Shown: positions 19,464 to 30,147, counted from the first letter of the stretch. The stretch is 64,000 nt of DNA from Thermodesulfobacteriota bacterium (GCA_036340075.1 JAYYZJ010000003.1:1-64000); one strand, 5' to 3'. Numbers and translations: made by a program. Notes: generated by a model not told the origin, from the letters alone.

Positions 19464-20972
19464 TTAAGGCCGATTTTTATTATCTTTCAAAGGTCTTTTC
19501 CCTTCTTTAATTAATATATTCACATAAGTAAAATCTATATTGTTAGCCCCTGTCAACTCTAGTGATCTAAAAGTTTTTTCTTGTCTTGGGCTAATCGTAT
19601 CATCTATAGTCAAATTATATTCTTTGATAATTTTGTTTTCCTTAAGCAATTGAACATTTATTTTTATATCAGATATTGGAGCATCACTTCTATTGAAAAT
19701 TTTTATAGATCCATAGTCTTTGATATCATAATCAATTATTATTAATTCTCGTTTTGGTATGAAAAGCTCTTTTGAAAAACTTTTTTCTTTATTTTTTCTG
19801 TTTGTATTTGTTTTGGTTTTTGTTTTAGACTTTGTAATTCGCTTTGGTTGAATACTTCCTATCATACTTGCATTCTCAATAGTTACATGGACATTTCCAG
19901 TTTCGTATTGTATATAACCAATTTGAATATTGTTGAAAGTTTTTTGACTATAAGGCTCTATGTCATCCTTAATAACCACCCTGTCTCTTGTAAGCATATT
20001 TCCCCGAGAAGTTTTATAATTAACAAAGATTTCAATTTCATTATATTTAAACCTACTGTTATTAGCGAGATCCAAATTGATAGAACCCATTGAATACTTA
20101 GCATTATTAACCCATGCGAATCCCTGCAGCTTTAAATCTAATTTAGGTACTGGTGAATCATCTATATCTATATCTCCTGTTTCCGCTAGATACTCCTCGT
20201 CTCCTCCGGAAGTTAAGTACTGTTTCGAACTTACCATCTTAGCCGATTCTACCTCGATGTAGACATCCTTAAATTGCCTTGTTGGAATACCAGGCACATT
20301 AAAATTTTTGATAATTTTAGATGCTCCTGGTCCAATAGATTCTTTAATTAAAAATCCTCTTGAAGCAACAATCTTATTCTTATGCATGAAATTTAATACA
20401 AACTCTATATTTTCATAATAGTTCTTACTTTTATTCTCTATTACTAATTTTTCAACAATAATTGTTTTGGTTGATGAGTCGTCTACTACGAACTTAAAAT
20501 CTAAAATTTTTATTGCTTTTTTAGCTTTAAAAGAAAATTCTTCTGAATCATACATTATGTCAGCAGATTTGATTGCTATTATAGTCGTAGCCGGTACAAA
20601 AGGAAGAATTGGGGTACTAATATTTTTAATTACTATTGTTTGATTTGGACCAATAGTATCCTTTATTGGTATAGAATGTCTGGTTAGCGTTCCAGCTCGA
20701 TTATATATCTGAAGCTCTAATGATATATTTTTAAATCCAACGATAGATGAGTTCTTAATTCGAATCTCTTGAAACTTCCCTATAGTGCCCTTAGCTTTGG
20801 TAAGCCATTTGAAATCAACAATTTTTAATTTAGATAGATCTGCATTGTTGATGTTTCTCCTAATTTCTAATTCTTTTTCTCTGCTATCGGGTTGACTAGA
20901 TACGACTTCTTGAGATAAAAATACAGAAAAAATAGCTATGTAAGTTAATAAGATTTTCTTTGATATGCTCAT
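19464..20972 (-). CDS. Secreted protein with four tandem beta-rich (Ig/FxLYD-like) repeats
   Basis: Signal peptide; four copies of an N-x-S...I-x-D/E-x-I-x-P pattern. Confidence 0.75.
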   Translation of the reverse strand: MSISKKILLTYIAIFSVFLSQEVVSSQPDSREKELEIRRNINNADLSKLKIVDFKWLTKAKGTIGKFQEIRIKNSSIVGFKNISLELQIYNRAGTLTRHSIPIKDTIGPNQTIVIKNISTPILPFVPATTIIAIKSADIMYDSEEFSFKAKKAIKILDFKFVVDDSSTKTIIVEKLVIENKSKNYYENIEFVLNFMHKNKIVASRGFLIKESIGPGASKIIKNFNVPGIPTRQFKDVYIEVESAKMVSSKQYLTSGGDEEYLAETGDIDIDDSPVPKLDLKLQGFAWVNNAKYSMGSINLDLANNSRFKYNEIEIFVNYKTSRGNMLTRDRVVIKDDIEPYSQKTFNNIQIGYIQYETGNVHVTIENASMIGSIQPKRITKSKTKTKTNTNRKNKEKSFSKELFIPKRELIIIDYDIKDYGSIKIFNRSDAPISDIKINVQLLKENKIIKEYNLTIDDTISPRQEKTFRSLELTGANNIDFTYVNILIKEGKRPLKDNKNRP

Positions 20973-21035
20973 TATGTTTAATTACAAAATAATATCTGAT
21001 AAACTTAAATTTGTAATTAAGGAATAGAGATTTTC

Positions 21036-21332
21036 ATGCCTAGATATATATTGTTATCATCATTGACGCCGGAAGGAAGAAAGACCTTAAAGGAACGTCC
21101 TTATAGGATGAAAGAGGTTGATAAAGAGATTGAGTCCATGGGAATTAAAATTTTGAGTCAGTACGCAACTTTGGGACCATTTGATTTTGTAAATGTTGTT
21201 GAAGCTCCTGATAATGATTCAATAAGCAAACTATCTATAGAGCTAACATCCAGAGGAACTATTCAAATCACAACACTTCCTGCAATTAATATTGATACTT
21301 TTATAAAACACTTGAAATCAGAGGATGAGTAA
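21036..21332 (+). CDS. GYD domain protein
   Basis: MPRYILLSSLTPEG, YATLGPFDFVNVVEAPD, TTLPA. Confidence 0.88.
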   Translation: MPRYILLSSLTPEGRKTLKERPYRMKEVDKEIESMGIKILSQYATLGPFDFVNVVEAPDNDSISKLSIELTSRGTIQITTLPAINIDTFIKHLKSEDE

Positions 21333-21334
21333 AA

Positions 21335-21493
21335 ATTTTAGATAAGCTTCTACAAAAGATTAAAGAACAATCAGTTAATGTTCCTGGGTATAAGGCAAAA
21401 AGAGTTTTAAGAATTTATTTGTACCTGGCAATTCTAGGAGTATTTGTTCCTATAATTTATTTGTTATTTATCTTAATTTTTAATAATGCATGA
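21335..21493 (+). CDS. Probable small single-TM protein not in the ORF track; start uncertain
   Basis: Open frame ILDKLLQKIKEQSVNVPGYKAKRVLRIYLYLAILGVFVPIIYLLFILIFNNA*; its stop overlaps the next ATG. Confidence 0.55.
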   Translation: MLDKLLQKIKEQSVNVPGYKAKRVLRIYLYLAILGVFVPIIYLLFILIFNNA

Positions 21494-22101
21494 TGCTCAA
21501 CATTAATATTGATATATCTAATAAGAAGTGGCTAATAGTTGGTGGTGGTCAAGTTGCATCCAGAAGGATAAAGAAAATACTTGAATCAAAAGGGGTTGTA
21601 AAAGTAGTAGGAAAAAGTATCTCTAAGCCAATTAAAAATATTGGGGAAAAAAACAAACATATAAAAATATTCGAAAGAAGCTTTAGGGTGGTTGATTTGA
21701 ACTCTACAGATTTTGTTATCGCCTGTACAGATGACGAAAATCTTAATAATAAAATAGTACAAGAGTCTAGAAAAAGAAATATCTTGGCATCAAATGCTTC
21801 TAATCAAAAGATTAGCGACTTTTCTTTTACCTCTAGTTTTAAACTAAACAAAGATATTAAAATCAATTGTGATACAAATGGAAACTCTCCTTTCTTTAGC
21901 AAGATTATTAGGATCCTTTTTCAACATACCTTAAAGAAGGATTTGTTAGCACTTTACAAAATACTTAAATCATCAAGAAAAAATAAGTCGGGGTTAAAGA
22001 AGGTTGAGCAATTAATACTAAACTCTGGATTATTAAAAGCAGAAGAATATAATAGTAAAGTAATTAAAATTATAAAAGAGCTTAAAAAGGACAAGTATTA
22101 A
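21490..22101 (+). CDS. sirC: Precorrin-2 dehydrogenase/sirohydrochlorin ferrochelatase (SirC/CysG N-terminal type)
   Basis: LIVGGGQVASRRI, VIACTDDENLN, SDF, TNGNSPFFSK. Confidence 0.82.
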   Translation: MMLNINIDISNKKWLIVGGGQVASRRIKKILESKGVVKVVGKSISKPIKNIGEKNKHIKIFERSFRVVDLNSTDFVIACTDDENLNNKIVQESRKRNILASNASNQKISDFSFTSSFKLNKDIKINCDTNGNSPFFSKIIRILFQHTLKKDLLALYKILKSSRKNKSGLKKVEQLILNSGLLKAEEYNSKVIKIIKELKKDKY

Positions 22102-22102
22102 G

Positions 22103-22675
22103 ATGAGTCAAGTTGATACCGCCAATTTTCATAAGGGTTTGAGAATTATTTATGAGGATGAGATGTGGGAAATAGTCGATTTTCAGCATAGGGTGATGCA
22201 GCAAAGAAGTCCCGTAGTAAAGACAAAATTAAAAAATATAATTAGTGGATCTGTACAAGAAAAAAGTTTTAGATCTGGGGATACTTTTGAGTTGCCAGAT
22301 TTAATTAAAAAAGAATCTCAGTTTCTTTACTCAGATGGAGACAATTTTACATTCATGGATATGGTGGATTATGAACAGTACCAAATAGACAAAGATATAA
22401 TTGGTGAAAAGTCTAAATTTTTGAAAGAAGAACAAAGTGTTCAACTGCTTCATTATAATGGTTCACCCATAGATATCGAACTGCCTACGAGCGTAGATTT
22501 AGAAATCTCAATAACTGAACCTGGGATCAGAGGAGACACAGTAACAGCAGGAAATAAACCTGCTGAGCTAGAAACTGGGGGTAAAATCCTAGTCCCTCTA
22601 TTTATCAACATAGGGGACATAGTCAAGGTTGATACAAGGGATGGCAAATACCTAGAAAGAACAAAGAAAGCATGA
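22103..22675 (+). CDS. efp: Elongation factor P with atypical tip loop
   Basis: KTKLKN, QFLYSDG, TEPGIRGDT, KPAELETG, VPLFI, VDTRDGKY. Confidence 0.96.
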   Translation: MSQVDTANFHKGLRIIYEDEMWEIVDFQHRVMQQRSPVVKTKLKNIISGSVQEKSFRSGDTFELPDLIKKESQFLYSDGDNFTFMDMVDYEQYQIDKDIIGEKSKFLKEEQSVQLLHYNGSPIDIELPTSVDLEISITEPGIRGDTVTAGNKPAELETGGKILVPLFINIGDIVKVDTRDGKYLERTKKA

Positions 22676-22680
22676 ATAAA

Positions 22681-22709
22681 TTTACTTTGTAGTTCATATA
22701 TTTTACAAT
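22681..22709 (+). promoter_or_regulatory. Sigma70-type promoter of prs-rplY-pth
   Basis: TTTACT-17 nt-TACAAT, ending 6 nt before the ATG. Confidence 0.6.
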
Positions 22710-22715
22710 TTTTCT

Positions 22716-23660
22716 ATGAAGAATATTAAAGTGTTCTCCGGCACCGCCAGTAAAAAACTAAGTAGTGCGATATGTAAAAAACTGAATATCAATCTTGGGA
22801 ATCTCGAAATTAGAAGATTCAGTGACGGGGAAATTTTTGTAGATATAGATGAGAGCGTTAGGGGCTCTAATGTTTATGTGATTCAATCAACATCTGCGCC
22901 TGTAAACGAGAACCTAATGGAACTATTTATTATAATTGATGCTTTAAAAAGAGCAGCTGCTAATGAAATTACAGCTGTAATTCCCTACTTTGGCTATTCA
23001 AGGCAAGACAGAAAAGTTTCTGATCGATCTCCTATAACTGCTAGACTTGTTTCGGATTTATTAATTACATCGGGTATAAAAAAAGTTATCACCATGGATT
23101 TACACGCTGGACAAATACAAGGTTTCTTTGATATACCTGTAGATCATCTTTACGCTAGACCAATTGCAATCAAATACCTTAAAAAGAAGTATAAGAAAAA
23201 AAATCTCACAATTGGTTCACCTGATGCTGGGGGGATGGAAAGAGCAAGAGTCTTTGCAAAAGAATTAAAAGATTCTGGGCTTGTCATGACAGACAAAAGA
23301 CGCCCAGCGCCAAACATGGCAGAAATAACAAAAGTGATTGGGGACGTAGTTGGAAAAGACGTTATATTGATTGATGATATGATTGATACCGGAGGGACAG
23401 CTGCTAAATCAGCTGAGGCTATAGTTAAATCTGGAGCAAATAGTGTGTCAATGTTCTGTACTCACGGAGTCCTTTCTGGAGATGCAGTCAGAAATATTGA
23501 GAATTCTCATATTGAGGAACTTATAATTACTGATACAATAAATAATCAAGAAAAACTAAAAGGCTCAAAAAAGATAAAAGTATTAACTGTTGCCGACTTA
23601 ATCGCTGAGGCTATAAAAAGAATTGTTAGTAATAAATCTATTAGCCAGTTATTTTCTTAG
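22716..23660 (+). CDS. prs: Ribose-phosphate pyrophosphokinase
   Basis: FSDGEI, PYFGYSRQDRK, DLHAGQIQGFF, DDMIDTGGT. Confidence 0.97.
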   Translation: MKNIKVFSGTASKKLSSAICKKLNINLGNLEIRRFSDGEIFVDIDESVRGSNVYVIQSTSAPVNENLMELFIIIDALKRAAANEITAVIPYFGYSRQDRKVSDRSPITARLVSDLLITSGIKKVITMDLHAGQIQGFFDIPVDHLYARPIAIKYLKKKYKKKNLTIGSPDAGGMERARVFAKELKDSGLVMTDKRRPAPNMAEITKVIGDVVGKDVILIDDMIDTGGTAAKSAEAIVKSGANSVSMFCTHGVLSGDAVRNIENSHIEELIITDTINNQEKLKGSKKIKVLTVADLIAEAIKRIVSNKSISQLFS

Positions 23661-23669
23661 GAGAAAAAA

Positions 23670-24341
23670 ATGCCAACGGTTCAATTTAATGTAACAAAGA
23701 GAGATTTACTAGGAAAAGAAGCCAGCAAGAAGTTTAGAAAAGACGGATTAGTTCCCGCTGTTGTTTATGGAAAAAACAAAGAAAATTTGAATATCAATGT
23801 TGACCACTTAAAGCTAAAGAAAATATTTAAATCTGAAGCCGGGGAAAATACTATAATAGAAATGCAAGTTGAGGATTCTGATATAAAAAAGATTGTACTT
23901 CTAAAGGAAGCACATTTAGATACTCTAACTAGCAACCCGTTGCATTTGGATTTCTATGAGATTAATGAGGGCGAAGAAGTTAAAGTTTCTTGCCCCTTAA
24001 AATTTATTGGGAAACCTGAAGGAGTAAAAAGTGGTGGAGTTATTCAAACTCTTACAAATGAAGTTCAAGTCCAGTGTTTGCCTGCCAACATACCTAACAA
24101 TATAGAAGTTGAAATATCCTCACTTGAAATAGGTGAAACCTTAAGGGTTGAAAACATACCCGATATTGAAGGAGTAGATGTAATATCAAATCCTCAAAGT
24201 ACAGTTCTTAGCATACTTGCTCCAAGACTTGTAGTAGAAACAGAAGCAAAAGAAGATGAACCTTCGGAAGAAGAAGGTGAAGGTAAAGAAGCATCTACTG
24301 AAGAGAAACCAACCGAAAGTGACAAAGAAGAAGCAAAATAA
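23670..24341 (+). CDS. rplY: 50S ribosomal protein L25 (Ctc form)
   Basis: PAVVYG, HLDFY, GVKSGG, acidic tail. Confidence 0.95.
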   Translation: MPTVQFNVTKRDLLGKEASKKFRKDGLVPAVVYGKNKENLNINVDHLKLKKIFKSEAGENTIIEMQVEDSDIKKIVLLKEAHLDTLTSNPLHLDFYEINEGEEVKVSCPLKFIGKPEGVKSGGVIQTLTNEVQVQCLPANIPNNIEVEISSLEIGETLRVENIPDIEGVDVISNPQSTVLSILAPRLVVETEAKEDEPSEEEGEGKEASTEEKPTESDKEEAK

Positions 24342-24345
24342 TTCG

Positions 24346-24912
24346 ATTTTATTAGTTGGTCTAGGTAATCCAGGGGACAAGTATACTGATACAAGGCATA
24401 ACGTTGGCTTTACTTTTATAGATTCGTTAGCAAAGAAAATTTCGCTCGATATAAATCAATCAAAATTCTTATCTCTATATGCAAAATATCATAAGAGAGA
24501 TCAAGAAGTCTTTTTAGCCAAACCTCAAACATTTATGAATGAAAGCGGAAAAGCTGTAAAAGAAATAAAGAATTTTTATAAAATCTCAATCGATAAAATT
24601 ATTGTGGTGTTCGATGATATAGATTTGAATATAGGTCAAATTAGAATAAAAATAGGTGGGGGTTCTGGTGGTCACAATGGAGTAAAATCAATTATAGAAG
24701 AGCTTTCAACAGATAATTTCATCAGGATAAGAATTGGGATTGGGAAACCATTAGAAAAAACAAATGTTAATAAGCATGTTTTGTCTAAATTTGATAAAAA
24801 TGAAATTAATCTAATTAAAGAAATAACCGATATTTCAGAAGAAATTATAGATGATATAGTTTTTGAAGGAATTGCATTTGCAATGAACAAATTTAACAGT
24901 AAAATTCAATGA
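24346..24912 (+). CDS. pth: Peptidyl-tRNA hydrolase; start uncertain (ATT 24346 or ATG 24256)
   Basis: LVGLGNPG, TRHNVGF, KPQTFMNESG, GGHNG. Confidence 0.93.
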   Translation: MLLVGLGNPGDKYTDTRHNVGFTFIDSLAKKISLDINQSKFLSLYAKYHKRDQEVFLAKPQTFMNESGKAVKEIKNFYKISIDKIIVVFDDIDLNIGQIRIKIGGGSGGHNGVKSIIEELSTDNFIRIRIGIGKPLEKTNVNKHVLSKFDKNEINLIKEITDISEEIIDDIVFEGIAFAMNKFNSKIQ

Positions 24913-24952
24913 AGATTATCCAAAAAAACATAATATCTAACAGGAGGAAATT

Positions 24953-26998
24953 ATGGACTTATCAAATCAGTTTGTCACATATGGCGGAATTATACTTGCT
25001 GTTCTAGGTTTAATTTACGCTCAAGTTACATATTGGAACATAAAGTCTCAGCCAAGAGGTAACGATACACAAAAGAAACTTGGCGTGACTATTTATAATG
25101 GCGCTATGTCATTCATAAGACAGGAGTATAAATATATAATCATTTTTGTTCTTGTTGTTGGCACTGGGCTATTTTTCTATTTTGGAAAAGAAACTGCGAT
25201 TGCGTATTTTGCAGGAGCTTTGCTATCCATGACTTGTGGGTGGGCTGGAATGACATCAGCCTGTATTGCCAACAGTAGGACAGCTGAAGCAGCTTCAACT
25301 GGAGGCCAAGGCCCTGCACTAGTAACTGCCTTTAAAGGTGGTAGTGTAATGGGTTTTTCAGTAGCTAGTCTAGGCTTGCTGGGATTATCAGTAGCATTTG
25401 CTATTTACTTTTATCTGAATCCTGTAACTAGTGAGAGCTTAATGAATTTTGCAACCAACATTGGAGGTTTCGCAATGGGAGCCAGCTCGGTTGCGCTTTT
25501 CGCTAGGGTTGGTGGAGGAATTTATACAAAAGCTGCGGACGTAGGTGCAGATTTAGTAGGAAAAGTTGAAGCAGGAATACCTGAAGATGACCCAAGAAAT
25601 CCAGCAACTATAGCTGACAACGTCGGAGACAATGTTGGTGATGTAGCAGGTATGGGAGCAGATTTATTTGAATCCTATGTAGGGAGTGTTATAGCAACTA
25701 TTGTTATAGCATCAAGTTTTGCCTTAGATGCAGATGTTAAACTCGCTTATTATGCTTTTCCTATAATTTTAATTATCGTTGGAACCCTAGCATCATTTAT
25801 AGGGACAAAAGTTGTTGATCTTCTTCAGAAATCAGAACCATCTGGGGTTTTGAGGAAGGCATCTCTTACAGCTGGAATTCTTTTTCTGGTTTTCGGCTAC
25901 TTTGCTTTAAATCTTGTAGGAGGAAGTGTTGGAATACCAGAAGACGATTTGCTTAATGTTTTCCTTTGCACAATATTTGGGCTTTTGTCAGGATCAACAA
26001 TTGGAATGATTACAGAATACTACACATCTGGAAAACCAATAGAAGATATTGCTGATGCATCGGATCGTGGTGGAGTAGCCACTAACATAATTAGTGGATT
26101 ATCGGTTGGAATGCTTAGTACTGCTCTTCCGGTGATAGTAATCGTTTTAGCTATTGTTCTTTCATATCTTAGTTTTGGTCTTTATGGAATTGGTATAGCT
26201 GCTGTTAGCATGCTGGCAACAATTGGCATAACCATGTCCGTTGATGCTTATGGACCAATTGCTGATAATGCTGGTGGTATAGCAGAAATGGCTCATTTAG
26301 GTCCTGAGGTAAGAAAGATTACTGACAAATTAGACTCCCTAGGAAATACCACGGCTGCTATCGGAAAAGGCTTTGCAATAGGTTCAGCCGCATTAACTGC
26401 ATTAACACTTTTTGTTGCTTTTGCAGCTGCAGCAAAACTAGATGTGGTAGATTTAAGAGATTTTAAAGTTGTCGCTGGACTTTTACTTGGTGGCATGATT
26501 CCTTATCTTTTTGGAGCATTAACGATGGGTGCAGTCGGTAGAGCTGCCGAAGGGATGGTTCAAGAAGTAAGAAGACAATTTAGAGAAATAAAAGGAATAA
26601 TGGAAGGTGAAACAGAACCAGACTATGCTTCTTGTATAAAAATTAGCACTGAATCATCTTTAAAAGAGATGATACTTCCTGGGCTACTAGCGGTTATTTG
26701 CCCAATCTTGGTAGGATTTTTGCTAGAACCTAAGGGATTAGCTGGATTCTTAGCTGGTGCTCTTATTTCAGGGGTGACTCTTGCTCTTATGATGGCAAAT
26801 TCTGGAGGTGCCTGGGATAATGCAAAAAAATACATAGAAGAAGGAAATGTTGGAGGTAAAGGATCCGAGGCTCATAAAGCTGCTGTAGTCGGTGATACTA
26901 TCGGGGATCCATTCAAAGATACATCCGGTCCTGCTATGAATATTTTAATTAAACTAATGACAATTGTGTCTTTAGTTGCAGCACCATTATTCTTATAA
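24953..26998 (+). CDS. hppA: Membrane-bound pyrophosphatase, K+-dependent, probably Na+-translocating
   Basis: [46 protein letters not shown]. Confidence 0.95.
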   Translation: MDLSNQFVTYGGIILAVLGLIYAQVTYWNIKSQPRGNDTQKKLGVTIYNGAMSFIRQEYKYIIIFVLVVGTGLFFYFGKETAIAYFAGALLSMTCGWAGMTSACIANSRTAEAASTGGQGPALVTAFKGGSVMGFSVASLGLLGLSVAFAIYFYLNPVTSESLMNFATNIGGFAMGASSVALFARVGGGIYTKAADVGADLVGKVEAGIPEDDPRNPATIADNVGDNVGDVAGMGADLFESYVGSVIATIVIASSFALDADVKLAYYAFPIILIIVGTLASFIGTKVVDLLQKSEPSGVLRKASLTAGILFLVFGYFALNLVGGSVGIPEDDLLNVFLCTIFGLLSGSTIGMITEYYTSGKPIEDIADASDRGGVATNIISGLSVGMLSTALPVIVIVLAIVLSYLSFGLYGIGIAAVSMLATIGITMSVDAYGPIADNAGGIAEMAHLGPEVRKITDKLDSLGNTTAAIGKGFAIGSAALTALTLFVAFAAAAKLDVVDLRDFKVVAGLLLGGMIPYLFGALTMGAVGRAAEGMVQEVRRQFREIKGIMEGETEPDYASCIKISTESSLKEMILPGLLAVICPILVGFLLEPKGLAGFLAGALISGVTLALMMANSGGAWDNAKKYIEEGNVGGKGSEAHKAAVVGDTIGDPFKDTSGPAMNILIKLMTIVSLVAAPLFL

Positions 26999-27001
26999 AA
27001 A

Positions 27002-28093
<1,092 letters not shown>

Positions 28094-28143
28094 CAGCCTG
28101 TTGTCAATCAAATTGACCAACAGACCATAACAGGAGGTCAGAA
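28094..28143 (+). promoter_or_regulatory. Structured rpsF leader, candidate S6:S18 autoregulatory element
   Basis: Hairpin CTGTTG-TCAA / TTGA-C-CAACAG; alternative pairing of CCTGTT with AACAGG overlaps the AGGAGG SD. Confidence 0.5.
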
Positions 28144-28452
28144 ATGACGAATTTTTACGAGGTACTTTTTATAGTTCCTACTAGTTTGGAAGAAGAAGCC
28201 AACAAAGAATTATCAGAAAAAATTAAAAAAACTATCGAAGAGAAACATTCGTCAAAGATTGTTAAATTTGAAAAATGGGCTGATAGAAAACTTGCTTATA
28301 CAATTCAAGATTACAAGGAAGGTAGGTATTATTTGTTAGAGACGGATTGTTCATCTGAGTGTATAAAAGAACTTGAATCAATTTTAAGCTTTGAAAAAAC
28401 TAAAGTACTTAGATTTATAATCGATAAAATTGAAAAAAGGGTGAAAAAATGA
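28144..28452 (+). CDS. rpsF: 30S ribosomal protein S6
   Basis: [25 protein letters not shown]. Confidence 0.93.
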   Translation: MTNFYEVLFIVPTSLEEEANKELSEKIKKTIEEKHSSKIVKFEKWADRKLAYTIQDYKEGRYYLLETDCSSECIKELESILSFEKTKVLRFIIDKIEKRVKK

Positions 28453-28697
28453 GTGAGAAAAAAGATTTTCAAAATAAAGAAAGAAAACCAAGAAAAAGAC
28501 CTGCTAAGCTTCTTGAGGGCAACGTGGAGATTGATTATAAAAACGTAGAATTGTTATCAAACTTCATAACTGAGAGAAAGAAGATTGCTCCTAGAAGAAT
28601 GACAGGAACATCAGCATCCCAACAAAGAAAAATCTCTAAGGAGATAAAGAAAGCCAGATATATGGCTCTTCTTCCTTATACAGTAAATCATAAATAA
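28449..28697 (+). CDS. rpsR: 30S ribosomal protein S18, cysteine-free form
   Basis: [26 protein letters not shown]. Confidence 0.95.
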   Translation: MSEKKDFQNKERKPRKRPAKLLEGNVEIDYKNVELLSNFITERKKIAPRRMTGTSASQQRKISKEIKKARYMALLPYTVNHK

Positions 28698-28705
28698 TAA
28701 TTAAT

Positions 28706-29152
28706 ATGAAATTAATCTTGCTAAAAGATGTGAAAAAGATTGGGAAAAAAGACGATATTGTCGATGTGGCTGAAGGACATGCTAGAAACCATTTAATACC
28801 GGACAAGCTTGCTATTGAAGCAAATAAGAAAAATATAAATGATTTAAATTCAAAAAAAGATTCTCAGAGAAAAAGAAATTTGGCTACAATTGAGAAGGCA
28901 ACGGGTCTTTCTGTCAATCTCAGAAAGGAAGAACTAACATTTTATGTGAAAGAGAACGAAGGTAAAATTTTTGGTTCTATTACATCAAAGTTAATTGCCG
29001 AAAGACTTAACAATCTTGGATATCCAATAGACAAAAAATCTATATATCTAGACAGGCCGATTAACAATTTGGGAGAAACAAAAGTAAAAATTAAACTCCA
29101 TAGTGATGTACATGCTGAAATCTCCGTAATAACTTTAAAAGAAGAAAATTGA
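28706..29152 (+). CDS. rplI: 50S ribosomal protein L9
   Basis: MKLILLKDV, GHARNHLIP, GKIFGSIT. Confidence 0.95.
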   Translation: MKLILLKDVKKIGKKDDIVDVAEGHARNHLIPDKLAIEANKKNINDLNSKKDSQRKRNLATIEKATGLSVNLRKEELTFYVKENEGKIFGSITSKLIAERLNNLGYPIDKKSIYLDRPINNLGETKVKIKLHSDVHAEISVITLKEEN

Positions 29153-29187
29153 CATCGATTAAAAACTTATAGTAATCTAACAAAATA

Positions 29188-29871
29188 ATGATATTAGAAG
29201 TAATTCCAGGTGGTGCCTTTGTTGAAAATACTTATCTGATTCAAGGAAAAGAATCGGAGGAGTTAATTATCATAGATCCTGGTAGCCAAATTGAAGAAAT
29301 AGAGGCATCTGCAGCAGGAATAAATTTTAATACGCTTTATATAGTTAATACTCATTCACATTTAGATCATGCCTATGGAGTGGAGTATTTTAAGAAAAAA
29401 TATGATGCTAAATTTTATATACACAAAAATGAAGAAACTATTCTAGATGCAATGATTAATGCTTCAATTAGATTTGGTTTAGAAGAGTTTGCTAATCCTG
29501 TGATTCCAAAAATCGATTTCTACCTTGAAGACAATCAGGAAGTGAATATGGCTGGGTTAGTATTCACATGTATACTTGTACCTGGGCACTCACCAGGGAG
29601 CCTATGTTTTCTTTTTGAACCTAGCAAAAATCTTAATGAAGACCTTAAAGAAAATATAGTTATTTGTGGAGATACTGTATTTGCAGGAAGTGTTGGAAGA
29701 GTAGACCTTACGGGTGGAACATCAATGGAAGAACTTGTTGGGAATATTAATAAACGACTTATGTCTTTGCCTGATACAACAAGATTATTTCCTGGTCATG
29801 GTCCTGAAACGCTAGTAAGTATAGAAAAACAATCAAATCCATATTTAGCTGGTTTTTATAATGAATTTTAA
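29188..29871 (+). CDS. MBL-fold metallohydrolase (glyoxalase II-like)
   Basis: THSHLDH, PGHSPGS, GDTVF, PGHGP. Confidence 0.92.
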   Translation: MILEVIPGGAFVENTYLIQGKESEELIIIDPGSQIEEIEASAAGINFNTLYIVNTHSHLDHAYGVEYFKKKYDAKFYIHKNEETILDAMINASIRFGLEEFANPVIPKIDFYLEDNQEVNMAGLVFTCILVPGHSPGSLCFLFEPSKNLNEDLKENIVICGDTVFAGSVGRVDLTGGTSMEELVGNINKRLMSLPDTTRLFPGHGPETLVSIEKQSNPYLAGFYNEF

Positions 29872-30130
29872 ATATTTTAAACTTTCTATAATTTTTATTT
29901 CCTCATTTCTTTTATTGATAGTAGCTATAGAAGTTGTTGAATTAATTCAGCAAACAAGAAAAAGAAATCATATATATAGCGAGATCGATAGAATCAAAGC
30001 AGAAAATAATATTTTCAAGAAAGAGATTTCCCTGTTAGAAAAGAATGAATTCTACCTAAATCTCTTAGCTAGAAAAAAACTTGGTATGATTAAAGAAGGT
30101 GAGAAAATCTATAGGTTTGATAATGATTAA
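29861..30130 (+). CDS. Septum formation initiator (FtsB/DivIC) family protein
   Basis: N-terminal TM, coiled coil, ARKKLGMIKEGEKIY. Confidence 0.8.
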   Translation: MNFKYFKLSIIFISSFLLLIVAIEVVELIQQTRKRNHIYSEIDRIKAENNIFKKEISLLEKNEFYLNLLARKKLGMIKEGEKIYRFDND

Positions 30131-30147
30131 TATCGACAATTTAAAAG

